Assembly: GCA_016194455.1 (NCBI GenBank)
Contig: JACQBN010000027.1
Coordinates: 1-59,745 of the forward strand
Source: Candidatus Kaiserbacteria bacterium
Lineage (GTDB): Bacteria; Patescibacteriota; Minisyncoccia; Phycocordibacterales; Phycocordibacteraceae
DNA: 59,745 nucleotides
Reading direction: 5' to 3'
Shown here: piece after piece, positions 53,275 through 59,745 of the stretch
How the letters are laid out: each line of letters starts with the position of its first letter
Numbering within the stretch: the first letter of the stretch is position 1
The notes under the pieces: model-generated
The model's database searches: none
What the model was told of the DNA's origin: nothing
Seen by the model: the letters and a program-made list of their open reading frames with translations, nothing else
Program-made: the position numbers and the translations under genes

Positions 53275-53796
53275 TTACGCCTCGCCCTGTGCGAGCATTG
53301 TCACTTTCCGACTACGGTCGTGATCAAGTTCAATGAAAAGAACTTGTTGCCACTCTCCTCGGATCAACTTTCCGTTTTCGATAATAAGCGTGAGATAGCT
53401 GGGGAGGACCATATTGTGCGCATGTGCATGACCGTTTATGCATTCGTGAACCACCCCATGCTCGTCCGGTAGACACAAATGAGTGTGTCGCTTGCCCTTA
53501 GGATTGTTGATGTCCCGAATATCATTGTGATGATACTCCTCGGCAGGATGCGCAAAACGGTCGAGTATTCTTTGAAGATCAGGCGTGTACCCGAGAGTTT
53601 TCTCTGGACCGATAAGGTTTTTCTCGTCCTCATTTACCCACAAACCGCAGGTAGTGTGGTGTGCCTGGAGCGTTACGGTGCCGGTCTGTACTCCAGAATT
53701 TTCTACAAATGCCTCAACCTCTTGAGTGATATTAATAAATTCCAGACGATGGAGGGTCTGGTACGAAAGGGTTTTGGTAGCTACTTTGTATGCCAT
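53275..53796 (-). CDS. YjbQ/UPF0047-family protein
   Basis: EFINITQEVEAFVENSGVQTGTVTLQAHHTTCGLWVNEDE. Confidence 0.75.
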   Translation of the reverse strand: MAYKVATKTLSYQTLHRLEFINITQEVEAFVENSGVQTGTVTLQAHHTTCGLWVNEDEKNLIGPEKTLGYTPDLQRILDRFAHPAEEYHHNDIRDINNPKGKRHTHLCLPDEHGVVHECINGHAHAHNMVLPSYLTLIIENGKLIRGEWQQVLFIELDHDRSRKVTMLAQGEA

Positions 53797-53830
53797 GGGA
53801 AGTACTATCGATAACTATAACACTATTTCC

Positions 53831-54373
53831 TTAGTTTCGCTTTTGGCTCCGATTGTAAATCAATTTCGTTAGATCGTATGCGACCGTGTAAGTCGCGAAT
53901 ATCCAAAACAATATCCAGTTGCCATAGAAAAGACAATAGAGAAAAGTTGGGATTGGGTAGTAGAGCATCGTCTCGCTCAAAATAAACGCCATGCCCTTGA
54001 CGTGTATAACATCATCCAACTGGTCTTTCAAGGCGCCAAAAATAAGAAAAACGATCAGGAATCCGAGGAAGGGAATGCTTACGATGTTATCGGAGATGAT
54101 ACCCGCAACAATGATGAGGGTTGCGGCTATTTGGTGGTTCAAAAAATCGAGCCGGTTTCTAACAATAAAAGCGATATTCATCGCCACCACCGTCGACACG
54201 ACGATTGGGTTCGAGAGAAGAATGACCAAAACACCCGCAATGCCCCACAAGAATCCGAATAAAATGTTGCTGTACTTGAACCATTTGAGCCCGTGTTCGT
54301 CCAATAGATCAGCGACTTTCATCGTGACGCCGTAGATTATCGCGCAAATTATAAGAACCGCCGTGGGAATCAT
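53831..54373 (-). CDS. Hypothetical polytopic membrane protein (AT-rich gene)
   Basis: 5-6 TM helices. TGGTATACT -10 lies 7 nt before the ATG. Confidence 0.6.
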   Translation of the reverse strand: MIPTAVLIICAIIYGVTMKVADLLDEHGLKWFKYSNILFGFLWGIAGVLVILLSNPIVVSTVVAMNIAFIVRNRLDFLNHQIAATLIIVAGIISDNIVSIPFLGFLIVFLIFGALKDQLDDVIHVKGMAFILSETMLYYPIPTFLYCLFYGNWILFWIFATYTVAYDLTKLIYNRSQKRN

Positions 54374-54435
54374 TGCTTTTAGTATACCAAGCTCGAATTC
54401 CAGCAGTCGGGCGGGGATATTAGAATCCGTTTTGA

Positions 54436-54467
54436 ATAAAAAAGAAGGGTCGCCAGGTGGCGACCCC
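54436..54467 (-). terminator. Intrinsic terminator
   Basis: Minus strand: GGGTCGCC-acct-GGCGACCC followed by ttcttttttatt. Confidence 0.6.
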
Positions 54468-54496
54468 TCGTACGTAATCCGGCGGTGGAAGATTCA

Positions 54497-54682
54497 CTAG
54501 TTGTCGTTGTCGTGCGCGTGCCCATCGAATTCAGGATCCCCCTCTCCTATAATTTGACAATCAACCATTTCGATTCGAGTCGCCTTCCCGGGGCCAGGTT
54601 GATACAATATTGCCAGCGGATTATGGTTCGATGCGATGAGCTCTGCGTGGTCGTTGCGCCAGCCAAACGTTAGAGCGTTCAC
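54497..54682 (-). CDS. Hypothetical 61-aa protein
   Basis: ORF followed by a terminator; no motif. Confidence 0.4.
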   Translation of the reverse strand: MNALTFGWRNDHAELIASNHNPLAILYQPGPGKATRIEMVDCQIIGEGDPEFDGHAHDNDN

Positions 54683-54702
54683 TCCCGTTTCAGCGACTGC
54701 TT

Positions 54703-54882
54703 TCAGTTCGGGAACCTCAAGTAGAATGCAGCAAACACTAGAACGATACCGACGTTCACGACGAGTCGTTCCCAGAAGTGGTTCCTAAAGAAAAACACGT
54801 CGACACCGACAATCACGGCTATCATGACCGCGACGAAAACTGCAATCATTAATGGCCTTGTCATTACTTGAAACAATACCAT
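54703..54882 (-). CDS. Hypothetical small membrane protein (start uncertain; ORF is open to 54948)
   Basis: Two TM helices (LMIAVFVAVMIAVIVGV, VVNVGIVLVFAAFYL). A degraded paralogous 3' end lies at 55667-55760. Confidence 0.45.
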   Translation of the reverse strand: MVLFQVMTRPLMIAVFVAVMIAVIVGVDVFFFRNHFWERLVVNVGIVLVFAAFYLRFPN

Positions 54883-54946
54883 ACCCCCGTGGCCCCACCG
54901 GATAGAGAACGTTAGAACTGTATCCAGGAGGGGGTATACTATGAGC

Positions 54947-55396
54947 ATGAAATACTTAGGCTTGATAGTAGCGCTTGTAGCAATAGGATTTATCGCTTTT
55001 CATTTTATCCGACCCGGTGTGCCGGCAGTAGAGCAAGAGCAGCTGCCGCCCGGCATAGTGGCAGCGAGCTGGCAACAGCCCCAGGCGTGCCCGCAGTATG
55101 GCGGTGCCAATCAGTGCTACGTGCCCGAGGGGGCCTACGGCGGGTATGACAACTGGGCCGCAACGCGAGCCACGTTCATCTGGCGGGTCAATCCTTGCCC
55201 AGAGCCCAAGAAGGTTACTCATATAACCGCGGCGAGCTGCGTGTACGAGACGAACGACGCGCAAGGTCGTGCATCAACCACTGTCGACCAGGGGTCTGCC
55301 ATTGTCGATTGCCGTGCATTTGCAGCACAATTTAAAAACGACGCGTGCAACTGCAACAACGGCATCACACTCAGCGCCAAAGTGCAGTGCGAATAG
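54947..55396 (+). CDS. Hypothetical Cys-rich secreted/anchored protein
   Basis: N-terminal TM/signal MKYLGLIVALVAIGFIAF; 8 Cys in the mature part. TATACT lies 6 nt before ATG 54947. Confidence 0.55.
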   Translation: MKYLGLIVALVAIGFIAFHFIRPGVPAVEQEQLPPGIVAASWQQPQACPQYGGANQCYVPEGAYGGYDNWAATRATFIWRVNPCPEPKKVTHITAASCVYETNDAQGRASTTVDQGSAIVDCRAFAAQFKNDACNCNNGITLSAKVQCE

Positions 55397-55406
55397 GACG
55401 AAAATA

Positions 55407-55601
55407 TCAGCCTGCTTTTTTGGCTAAAAACTTATACACCACCAGCGGAGCCCATATAAGAAATGATGCAAAGCCGATAATAAAAAATGTCGGGACAAAT
55501 TTCCCCGGCACGATGTCTCCAAGCCATATACCCACAAGCGCCGTGCCAGCGCACAGGAGCATAAAACTCCAAAATACGCGCAAGGTAATGGTCTCTGCCA
55601 T
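55407..55601 (-). CDS. Possible small membrane protein (64 aa)
   Basis: MAETITLRVFWSFMLLCAGTALVGIWL...FFIIGFASFLIWAPLVVY; the rest of ORF 55407-55931 looks spurious. Confidence 0.4.
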   Translation of the reverse strand: MAETITLRVFWSFMLLCAGTALVGIWLGDIVPGKFVPTFFIIGFASFLIWAPLVVYKFLAKKAG

Positions 55602-55666
55602 GCTTTGTATAACCGATCTTTGGTAGGATGGTTGCGTGGCAACAAAAATAGTGGCGACCAGCACAG

Positions 55667-55760
55667 TCACTTCAAGAGTCTCAGATAGAAGGCGGCAAAC
55701 ACGAGGACGATGCCGATGTTCATGGCGAGCCGTTCCTAGAGGTGGTGAAGTAGAAAAAAG
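55667..55760 (-). pseudogene. Degraded duplicate of the 3' end of gene 54703-54882
   Basis: About 77% nt identity over 64 nt by hand alignment (54719-54782 vs 55683-55746). Reads ..HHL*ERLAMNIGIVLVFAAFYLRLLK* vs FRNHFWERLVVNVGIVLVFAAFYLRFPN*. Confidence 0.5.
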
Positions 55761-55943
55761 AAAAAGCACCACTTTTAGTGATGCTAATTCTTCTGGGCTC
55801 CCCTTAGTGGCTAAGTTCAGAACGGTAGATTGGGCACAGATTGAGCATGACCTCCAGTATAGCGGGCTTCTTGTGTCGCCCTTCTTCTCCAACCTAATGC
55901 CCGCATGAACAGTCCTTTTTCGGTGGGACAAGTTCAGAACCCT

Positions 55944-56381
55944 CTATCGTAAGTGCTCTTTTGCAACCGCGACAACGTTGAAGGTGTTTTGGAATAGGAA
56001 ACCGAAAACCCTTCCTGCTCCCGTGTAATCAACTTCAAGTATCTCGTCAATGTCCTGTGAAAGGCCATCAAATAAAGTCGCGTACTCTCCGCTTCTATGG
56101 ACTGGCTTGCAGGCGATGCGCGAAACACTTTGATGTCGAAAGTGCTTTGTGAGCGTGCTGCTCATTTTCTTGAGTTCTGATGTCAGGTGCTTTACTTCGG
56201 TCTTTTGGAGTTTATGTATCCGACAATGGCCCTGCTTGTAGGGTTCAAAGCTAAGGACTACTTTCTCGTTATCGTAGTCCCGTATGGTCGCTGATACAGC
56301 GACGGTCTTTGGAAATGCCTGTCCAGCTTCAAGAGCTGCAACCCCCTCACTTAGCTTGTTCGGTTCCGAGTTTGGCGGCAT
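55944..56381 (-). CDS. Unrecognised 145-aa protein downstream of and overlapping the Panacea antitoxin gene; candidate toxin partner
   Basis: 35-nt overlap with the 56347-56832 CDS, same strand. C-terminal GAGRVFGFLFQNTFNVVAVAKEH is loosely RelE/ParE-like. Confidence 0.55.
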   Translation of the reverse strand: MPPNSEPNKLSEGVAALEAGQAFPKTVAVSATIRDYDNEKVVLSFEPYKQGHCRIHKLQKTEVKHLTSELKKMSSTLTKHFRHQSVSRIACKPVHRSGEYATLFDGLSQDIDEILEVDYTGAGRVFGFLFQNTFNVVAVAKEHLR

Positions 56382-56832
56382 AAAAATCCCGTGCGAGCTT
56401 CAAATCAATCTCGTTGTTCGACGCCTCAGTTGCGGGAAGGTCTTTCCGAGCTTCCTGCCAAGGCAACTCGGAATGAGTAAGCGCCTCAAGATACGACGCA
56501 TCGTAGTCGCCATAGACGGACCAAACGGAGTCAAGCACTTCAAGCTGTTTTTTCCCGAACGAAAAAGTGGCATCCGACATGTCGAGGGTAATCGGGTTTG
56601 CCTCGAAAGACATGAACTTCCTATAAAGAGCGGGGACAACTGGACCGTGTACCCACGCTTCCATCTTCTCTCGGAAGAGTTTTTCCTTATTCAGTACAAG
56701 CGACCATACCTGCGCGTAGTAAACGAGCTTTTGGAGCTTCTTGTTCGTTATCGGCTTATTCTCATCGGCTGCTCGTTTTATGAAGTAGTTTGCGACCTGA
56801 ACAGCGCTATTTGTTGGATGAGCGGCAACCAT
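56347..56832 (-). CDS. Panacea-domain (DUF4065, SocA/GepA-like) antitoxin-type protein
   Basis: VANYFIKRAADENKPITNKKLQKLVYYAQVWSLVLNKEKLFREKMEAWVHGPVVPALYRKF. TGCTATACT -10 lies 8 nt before ATG 56832. Confidence 0.8.
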   Translation of the reverse strand: MVAAHPTNSAVQVANYFIKRAADENKPITNKKLQKLVYYAQVWSLVLNKEKLFREKMEAWVHGPVVPALYRKFMSFEANPITLDMSDATFSFGKKQLEVLDSVWSVYGDYDASYLEALTHSELPWQEARKDLPATEASNNEIDLKLARDFYAAKLGTEQAK

Positions 56833-56885
56833 ATGTGGATAGTATAGCAAATCGCTACCTGTTGAAGACGGGCGAAGGATTTGAT

Positions 56886-56907
56886 GTTTACAACAGCGGA
56901 TGTAAAC
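56886..56907. promoter_or_regulatory. Inverted repeat GTTTACA-N8-TGTAAAC in the divergent intergenic region; candidate operator
   Basis: Read directly; the right arm is part of the repeated 18-mer. Confidence 0.45.
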
Positions 56908-56917
56908 TAAAGTAAAG
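56900..56917 (+). repeat. Copy 1 of an 18-nt perfect direct repeat ATGTAAACTAAAGTAAAG (contains TAAAGT -10-like box 6 nt before ATG 56920)
   Basis: Identical 18-mer at 59454-59471; similarity continues into the start codons (CAATGATAATAAA vs TATGATAAATAAA). Confidence 0.8.
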
Positions 56918-56919
56918 CA

Positions 56920-58104
56920 ATGATAATAAAAGCCCCAGAAAAACACCTCACCGACCAAGAGTTCTTCTCTCTTATCAAGTTCTTCGACTATATCGTTGAG
57001 AAGAAGCCGATTGACGATGGTGAGGAGAAGTTCTCTATCTCCGACCTCACTCTTGGGCAAGAGGAAGCTGGGCACGTTTTCAATAGGGTTTTTCAGAGTG
57101 GTCAGGTATGCGAGCTAACCGTGGACATCGACAAGGGGTATAAGTTCGATGAGCAGCTTGAAGAGGTCAGAGAGGAGGCCAAAAAGAAGCCAAAAAAGGA
57201 GCAGGAGGAGTTAGTAAAGATAATCAACAAAATTAAGAAAGGTCATGCCAAGCTCGAAGAAATCGGTACTGTCTCGTGGATTTGGTACGAGGTATATAGC
57301 CATATCCGCTTGACGCCCTCGACCTATCAAATCCCGCCTGAGATAGAGAAGATATTGCGTACCGAAATGGACAAGTATCTCGAGTGCTTCATCAATGACA
57401 AGCTCGATGTCGGGAAGAAGAACTACTATAGATTTGAGGCGCAAAAGAAGATGCTCATACAGCTCATCGAGGAGGGCAAAAAGATAGCTCTCTACGGCAA
57501 CAAGTTCATATTAAGAGTCCGCATTGATGAAAGAGGCGTGGCCCAAAAAATGCCCGATTTCAGTATTATTCAGACCGCGTATGCCTTACAGAAGCTCGGA
57601 TACCTGAAGGTCGTGAGCGTCTGGCAGGATTTGGAATACCCTAAAAAGACCTTTGATAATGAACGGACGGACTACGACAAAGAACCCTCGCGCTATATAA
57701 GCGCAAACCTTATTCTTGAAGACATTTTCGTCGACGAGATAAATAACAGCTACAAGAAGAACAACCCATCAAACATTTTCGAAAAGTTCGATGCAAAGCG
57801 TGGCGTCCTCAAGTTCGCAGGTAAAGACATCGAGCTATCGAAGAAAGGCAAGGAAACCGACGCCGTGCTCCTCCTCAAGACGCTCCTGAAAGAGAAGACG
57901 AGCGAGTGGAAACACAACGATGAAATCCTCGAGGACTGGGGCTATAACGACGAGCATCAGAAGCGTGTGCCCAAGAACAAGGTCTACTTCGCAGGTCAGA
58001 AAATCAATAATGCGGTAGCGCTAAAAACTCAAATCGAGGACTTCGTAGAGTGCAATACCACGAAGGCGCGGATAAACCCGAAATACCGAAAAGTTGATGA
58101 ATAG
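56920..58104 (+). CDS. Orphan 394-aa Lys/Glu-rich protein; C-terminal about 100 aa has an OmpR/PhoB-winged-helix-like pattern
   Basis: No family recognised. C-terminus VLKFAGKDIELSKKGKETDAVLLLKTLLKEKTSEWKHNDEILEDWGY...KNKVYFAGQKINNAVALKTQIEDFVE...ARINPKY. Confidence 0.65.
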   Translation: MIIKAPEKHLTDQEFFSLIKFFDYIVEKKPIDDGEEKFSISDLTLGQEEAGHVFNRVFQSGQVCELTVDIDKGYKFDEQLEEVREEAKKKPKKEQEELVKIINKIKKGHAKLEEIGTVSWIWYEVYSHIRLTPSTYQIPPEIEKILRTEMDKYLECFINDKLDVGKKNYYRFEAQKKMLIQLIEEGKKIALYGNKFILRVRIDERGVAQKMPDFSIIQTAYALQKLGYLKVVSVWQDLEYPKKTFDNERTDYDKEPSRYISANLILEDIFVDEINNSYKKNNPSNIFEKFDAKRGVLKFAGKDIELSKKGKETDAVLLLKTLLKEKTSEWKHNDEILEDWGYNDEHQKRVPKNKVYFAGQKINNAVALKTQIEDFVECNTTKARINPKYRKVDE

Positions 58105-58174
58105 TTGATAAATCGTTCGGCAAGGTTTGTAAAGAGCCTCTCATCTAACCTGATGGCAACCCCATCGGGTTTTT

Positions 58175-58345
58175 ATGTTGCGACAAAATACAAACGAAGA
58201 ACATGCCGTCGAGCCAAGCAAGTTGGCCGAGATATTCGACGACTATGAAGCGAGAACCAACTTCGTGGGCTTTTTTGACTTGCTCTACAAAATCGACCGT
58301 CGGCTTGAGCCAGAGCGCTATGAGGATGGCGTTGAACTGCCATGA
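58175..58345 (+). CDS. Possible 56-aa protein translationally coupled to the Rep gene (below the ORF-track cutoff)
   Basis: My translation: MLRQNTNEEHAVEPSKLAEIFDDYEARTNFVGFFDLLYKIDRRLEPERYEDGVELP. TGA overlaps Rep ATG (ATGA at 58342-58345). Confidence 0.4.
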   Translation: MLRQNTNEEHAVEPSKLAEIFDDYEARTNFVGFFDLLYKIDRRLEPERYEDGVELP

Positions 58346-59469
58346 TAGACACAATTATCCTCACGCTACCGCGCGACAAGGCAACGATGCTCGATTTGAC
58401 TGGTCGAGGTGTGCCGCGATGGGACTTACAAGCACGAACCAAAACCTACGAGAAGTACGTCAAGAACGCATCGAGCAAAGACGAAGAGGGCGGCTTGTAC
58501 TTTCCGCGTCTCACAGGGTTCAAGCGAGCGATGGGAAAACTCGCGTGGCAATCAAGTTTGAAAATCGAGTTCTCGGCTCCGAAGCTCCTGTATCAGAACA
58601 ATCTCGACGAGTTGCGCGATACCGACTTCGAGCGCGTGCTGGAAGCACTCGACGACCGTCTCAAACAGATGGGTGTCGCTTTTCCGCTCGACCTATTGCG
58701 GAACGCGAGCGTGAGCAGTGTTCATTACTCAAAGAACATAGAACTTGAGGACGGCTACACCTCGCAATACGTCATAAGCGAGCTTGGGAAAATAAACATG
58801 AACAAGCGCTTCGACCTTACTCGCGCTCGCTTTATGAACGACGGGCAGAGTTTGTATCTCTACACCGTCGCCCACTCGTTCGTGCTCTACGATAAAATCG
58901 CGGACCTCGCGAAGGGTAAGAAGCGAGCGATAGACAAAGACCAGACACCTTACCAGACGAGTTTGTTTCAAGAGCTGAAACGCGAAAAGGAAATCCTACG
59001 GCTCGAAGTGCGCTTGAGCCAACGACGAAAGATGAACGCCCTCTTCAAGGAACTGGGCTTCGGTACAGACCCGACCTTCCGCGATGTGTTCTCGAAAGCG
59101 AAGAGCAAGAAGGTACTCAATCACTACTGGGACACAATGGTCGCTGGAAACAGTATGCAGCTCTTCACGCACGCCTACACACCAAAGGACCTCTTGAAGC
59201 GTATCCTCGTCGCGAGGAAGGGTGCGAAGGGCAAGACGGCCGTGTATCTCACGGGCCTGCTCTTGCTGGCTCGCGATGAGAACGGGCTACGCGAGCTTCG
59301 CTCAATTCTCGACAAGCGCAACGACGACCGAACGTGGTATCGGCTCGCGGCAGACGCGCGAGACATTGCAGACAACCTCTACAAAATGCGCCCGCGCGAG
59401 TGGTACGGGCAGGTAAAAAGGGCACTTTCAAGTTATCAACTCGTGCAAGTTGCATGTAAACTAAAGTAA
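58342..59469 (+). CDS. Rolling-circle replication initiator/relaxase, Rep_trans (pT181 RepC / Tn916 Orf20 / phage gene II-X) type
   Basis: N-terminal MIDTIILTLP. HSFVLYDK followed about 30 aa later by ILRLEVRLSQRR mirrors RIYNK...WRVEIELKRD of pT181 RepC. Confidence 0.7.
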   Translation: MIDTIILTLPRDKATMLDLTGRGVPRWDLQARTKTYEKYVKNASSKDEEGGLYFPRLTGFKRAMGKLAWQSSLKIEFSAPKLLYQNNLDELRDTDFERVLEALDDRLKQMGVAFPLDLLRNASVSSVHYSKNIELEDGYTSQYVISELGKINMNKRFDLTRARFMNDGQSLYLYTVAHSFVLYDKIADLAKGKKRAIDKDQTPYQTSLFQELKREKEILRLEVRLSQRRKMNALFKELGFGTDPTFRDVFSKAKSKKVLNHYWDTMVAGNSMQLFTHAYTPKDLLKRILVARKGAKGKTAVYLTGLLLLARDENGLRELRSILDKRNDDRTWYRLAADARDIADNLYKMRPREWYGQVKRALSSYQLVQVACKLK

Positions 59470-59471
59470 AG
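59454..59471 (+). repeat. Copy 2 of the 18-nt direct repeat ATGTAAACTAAAGTAAAG
   Basis: Overlaps the last codons and stop of the Rep gene and lies 1 nt before ATG 59473. Confidence 0.8.
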
Positions 59472-59472
59472 T

Positions 59473-59673
59473 ATGATAAATAAACACGTTATGGCGGCGG
59501 ACAAAAAAGAGTACTACACAGCGAAGGAGCTGGCTGAAAAGCTGTCTCTCAATGTGATGACCATTTACCGCTACATCGACGCGGGCAAACTCAAGGCCTA
59601 CAAGATAGGCAAAGAGTTCCGCATCGGACACGCGGAGTTCGAGCGATTTATGAGCAAAGCTAAAACCAAATAA
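59473..59673 (+). CDS. Excisionase-family (MerR-like HTH_17) DNA-binding protein
   Basis: YYTAKELAEKLSLNVMTIYRYIDAGKLKAYKIGKEFRIGHAEFERFM. Confidence 0.85.
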   Translation: MINKHVMAADKKEYYTAKELAEKLSLNVMTIYRYIDAGKLKAYKIGKEFRIGHAEFERFMSKAKTK

Positions 59674-59677
59674 CCCT

Positions 59678-59745
59678 ATGGCAACTCTTCAGTTCAAAGG
59701 CAAGACGGCGGTATGGAACCACCACCTTTCGGTCCCGTATCACAC
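59678..59745 (+). CDS. 5' end of an ORF truncated by the window edge; the N-terminus weakly recalls DNA methyltransferase (Mod-type) N-termini
   Basis: MATLQFKGKTAVWNHHLSVPYH...; only 22 codons visible. Confidence 0.35.
   Translation, partial: MATLQFKGKTAVWNHHLSVPYH

Noticed and set aside
58145-58442. Minus-strand ORFs 58145-58354 and 58173-58442 between ORF394 and Rep.
   Set aside because: They have no motifs. The plus-strand 56-codon ORF is translationally coupled (ATGA) to Rep and fits the operon direction better.
1-59745. CRISPR arrays, rRNA genes, IS transposases, reverse transcriptase or DGR elements.
   Set aside because: No regularly spaced repeats, no rRNA-like conserved blocks, and no transposase, integrase or RT motifs appeared in any of the six-frame translations I read.

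Overview
This is a 59.7 kb, mostly GC-rich bacterial chromosomal segment, densely coded on both strands. All family calls come from motif recognition in the supplied translations and from reading the DNA; no database search was run.

Core genes:
- Housekeeping and envelope genes I recognise: guaA, class II ribonucleotide reductase, an O-antigen-ligase-like/TPR membrane protein, murJ, lepA, an ABC exporter, valS (short form), prmC, purF, uppP, panD, a PIF1/RecD-like helicase, Hsp20, a cold-shock protein and an RRM RNA-binding protein.
- Other enzymes and membrane proteins: PrsW and CPBP proteases, a 7Fe ferredoxin, and a GH130/MFS/cupin/HAD beta-mannoside cluster.
- RNA genes: tRNA-Gly(CCC), tRNA-Arg(CCU), tRNA-Phe(GAA), and an RNase P RNA (minus strand, about 5459-5855) hidden under spurious ORFs.
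- The gene content (short ValRS, many small membrane or secreted proteins, DUF-type genes) is compatible with a reduced-genome, CPR/Patescibacteria-like organism. That is inference only.

Genome-wide signal: more than 20 genes have a TAnnnT -10 box, often with an extended TGn, sitting 5-9 nt upstream of the ATG with no Shine-Dalgarno sequence. This implies leaderless mRNAs. A minority of genes carry strong AGGAG-type SDs.

Accessory regions:
1. An AT-rich XRE-HTH plus SAM-methyltransferase module at the left edge. The methyltransferase is broken by one in-frame TAA.
2. A terminator-bounded two-gene operon (44535-47414) encoding a ClpP-fold protease-like protein and a 663-aa protein with a degenerate phosphoesterase domain, a wHTH and a second phosphoesterase domain. 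I cannot assign it to any described system.
3. The right-hand 6 kb (about 53.8-59.7 kb) is a mosaic, more AT-rich region. It holds small membrane or secreted genes, a duplicated gene remnant, and a Panacea (DUF4065) antitoxin with an unrecognisable partner. It also holds an orphan 394-aa protein, a Rep_trans-type rolling-circle initiator, an excisionase-type HTH and a repeated promoter-like 18-mer. It is most likely a mobile element that continues past the window end.

No CRISPR array, rRNA or transposase was seen.
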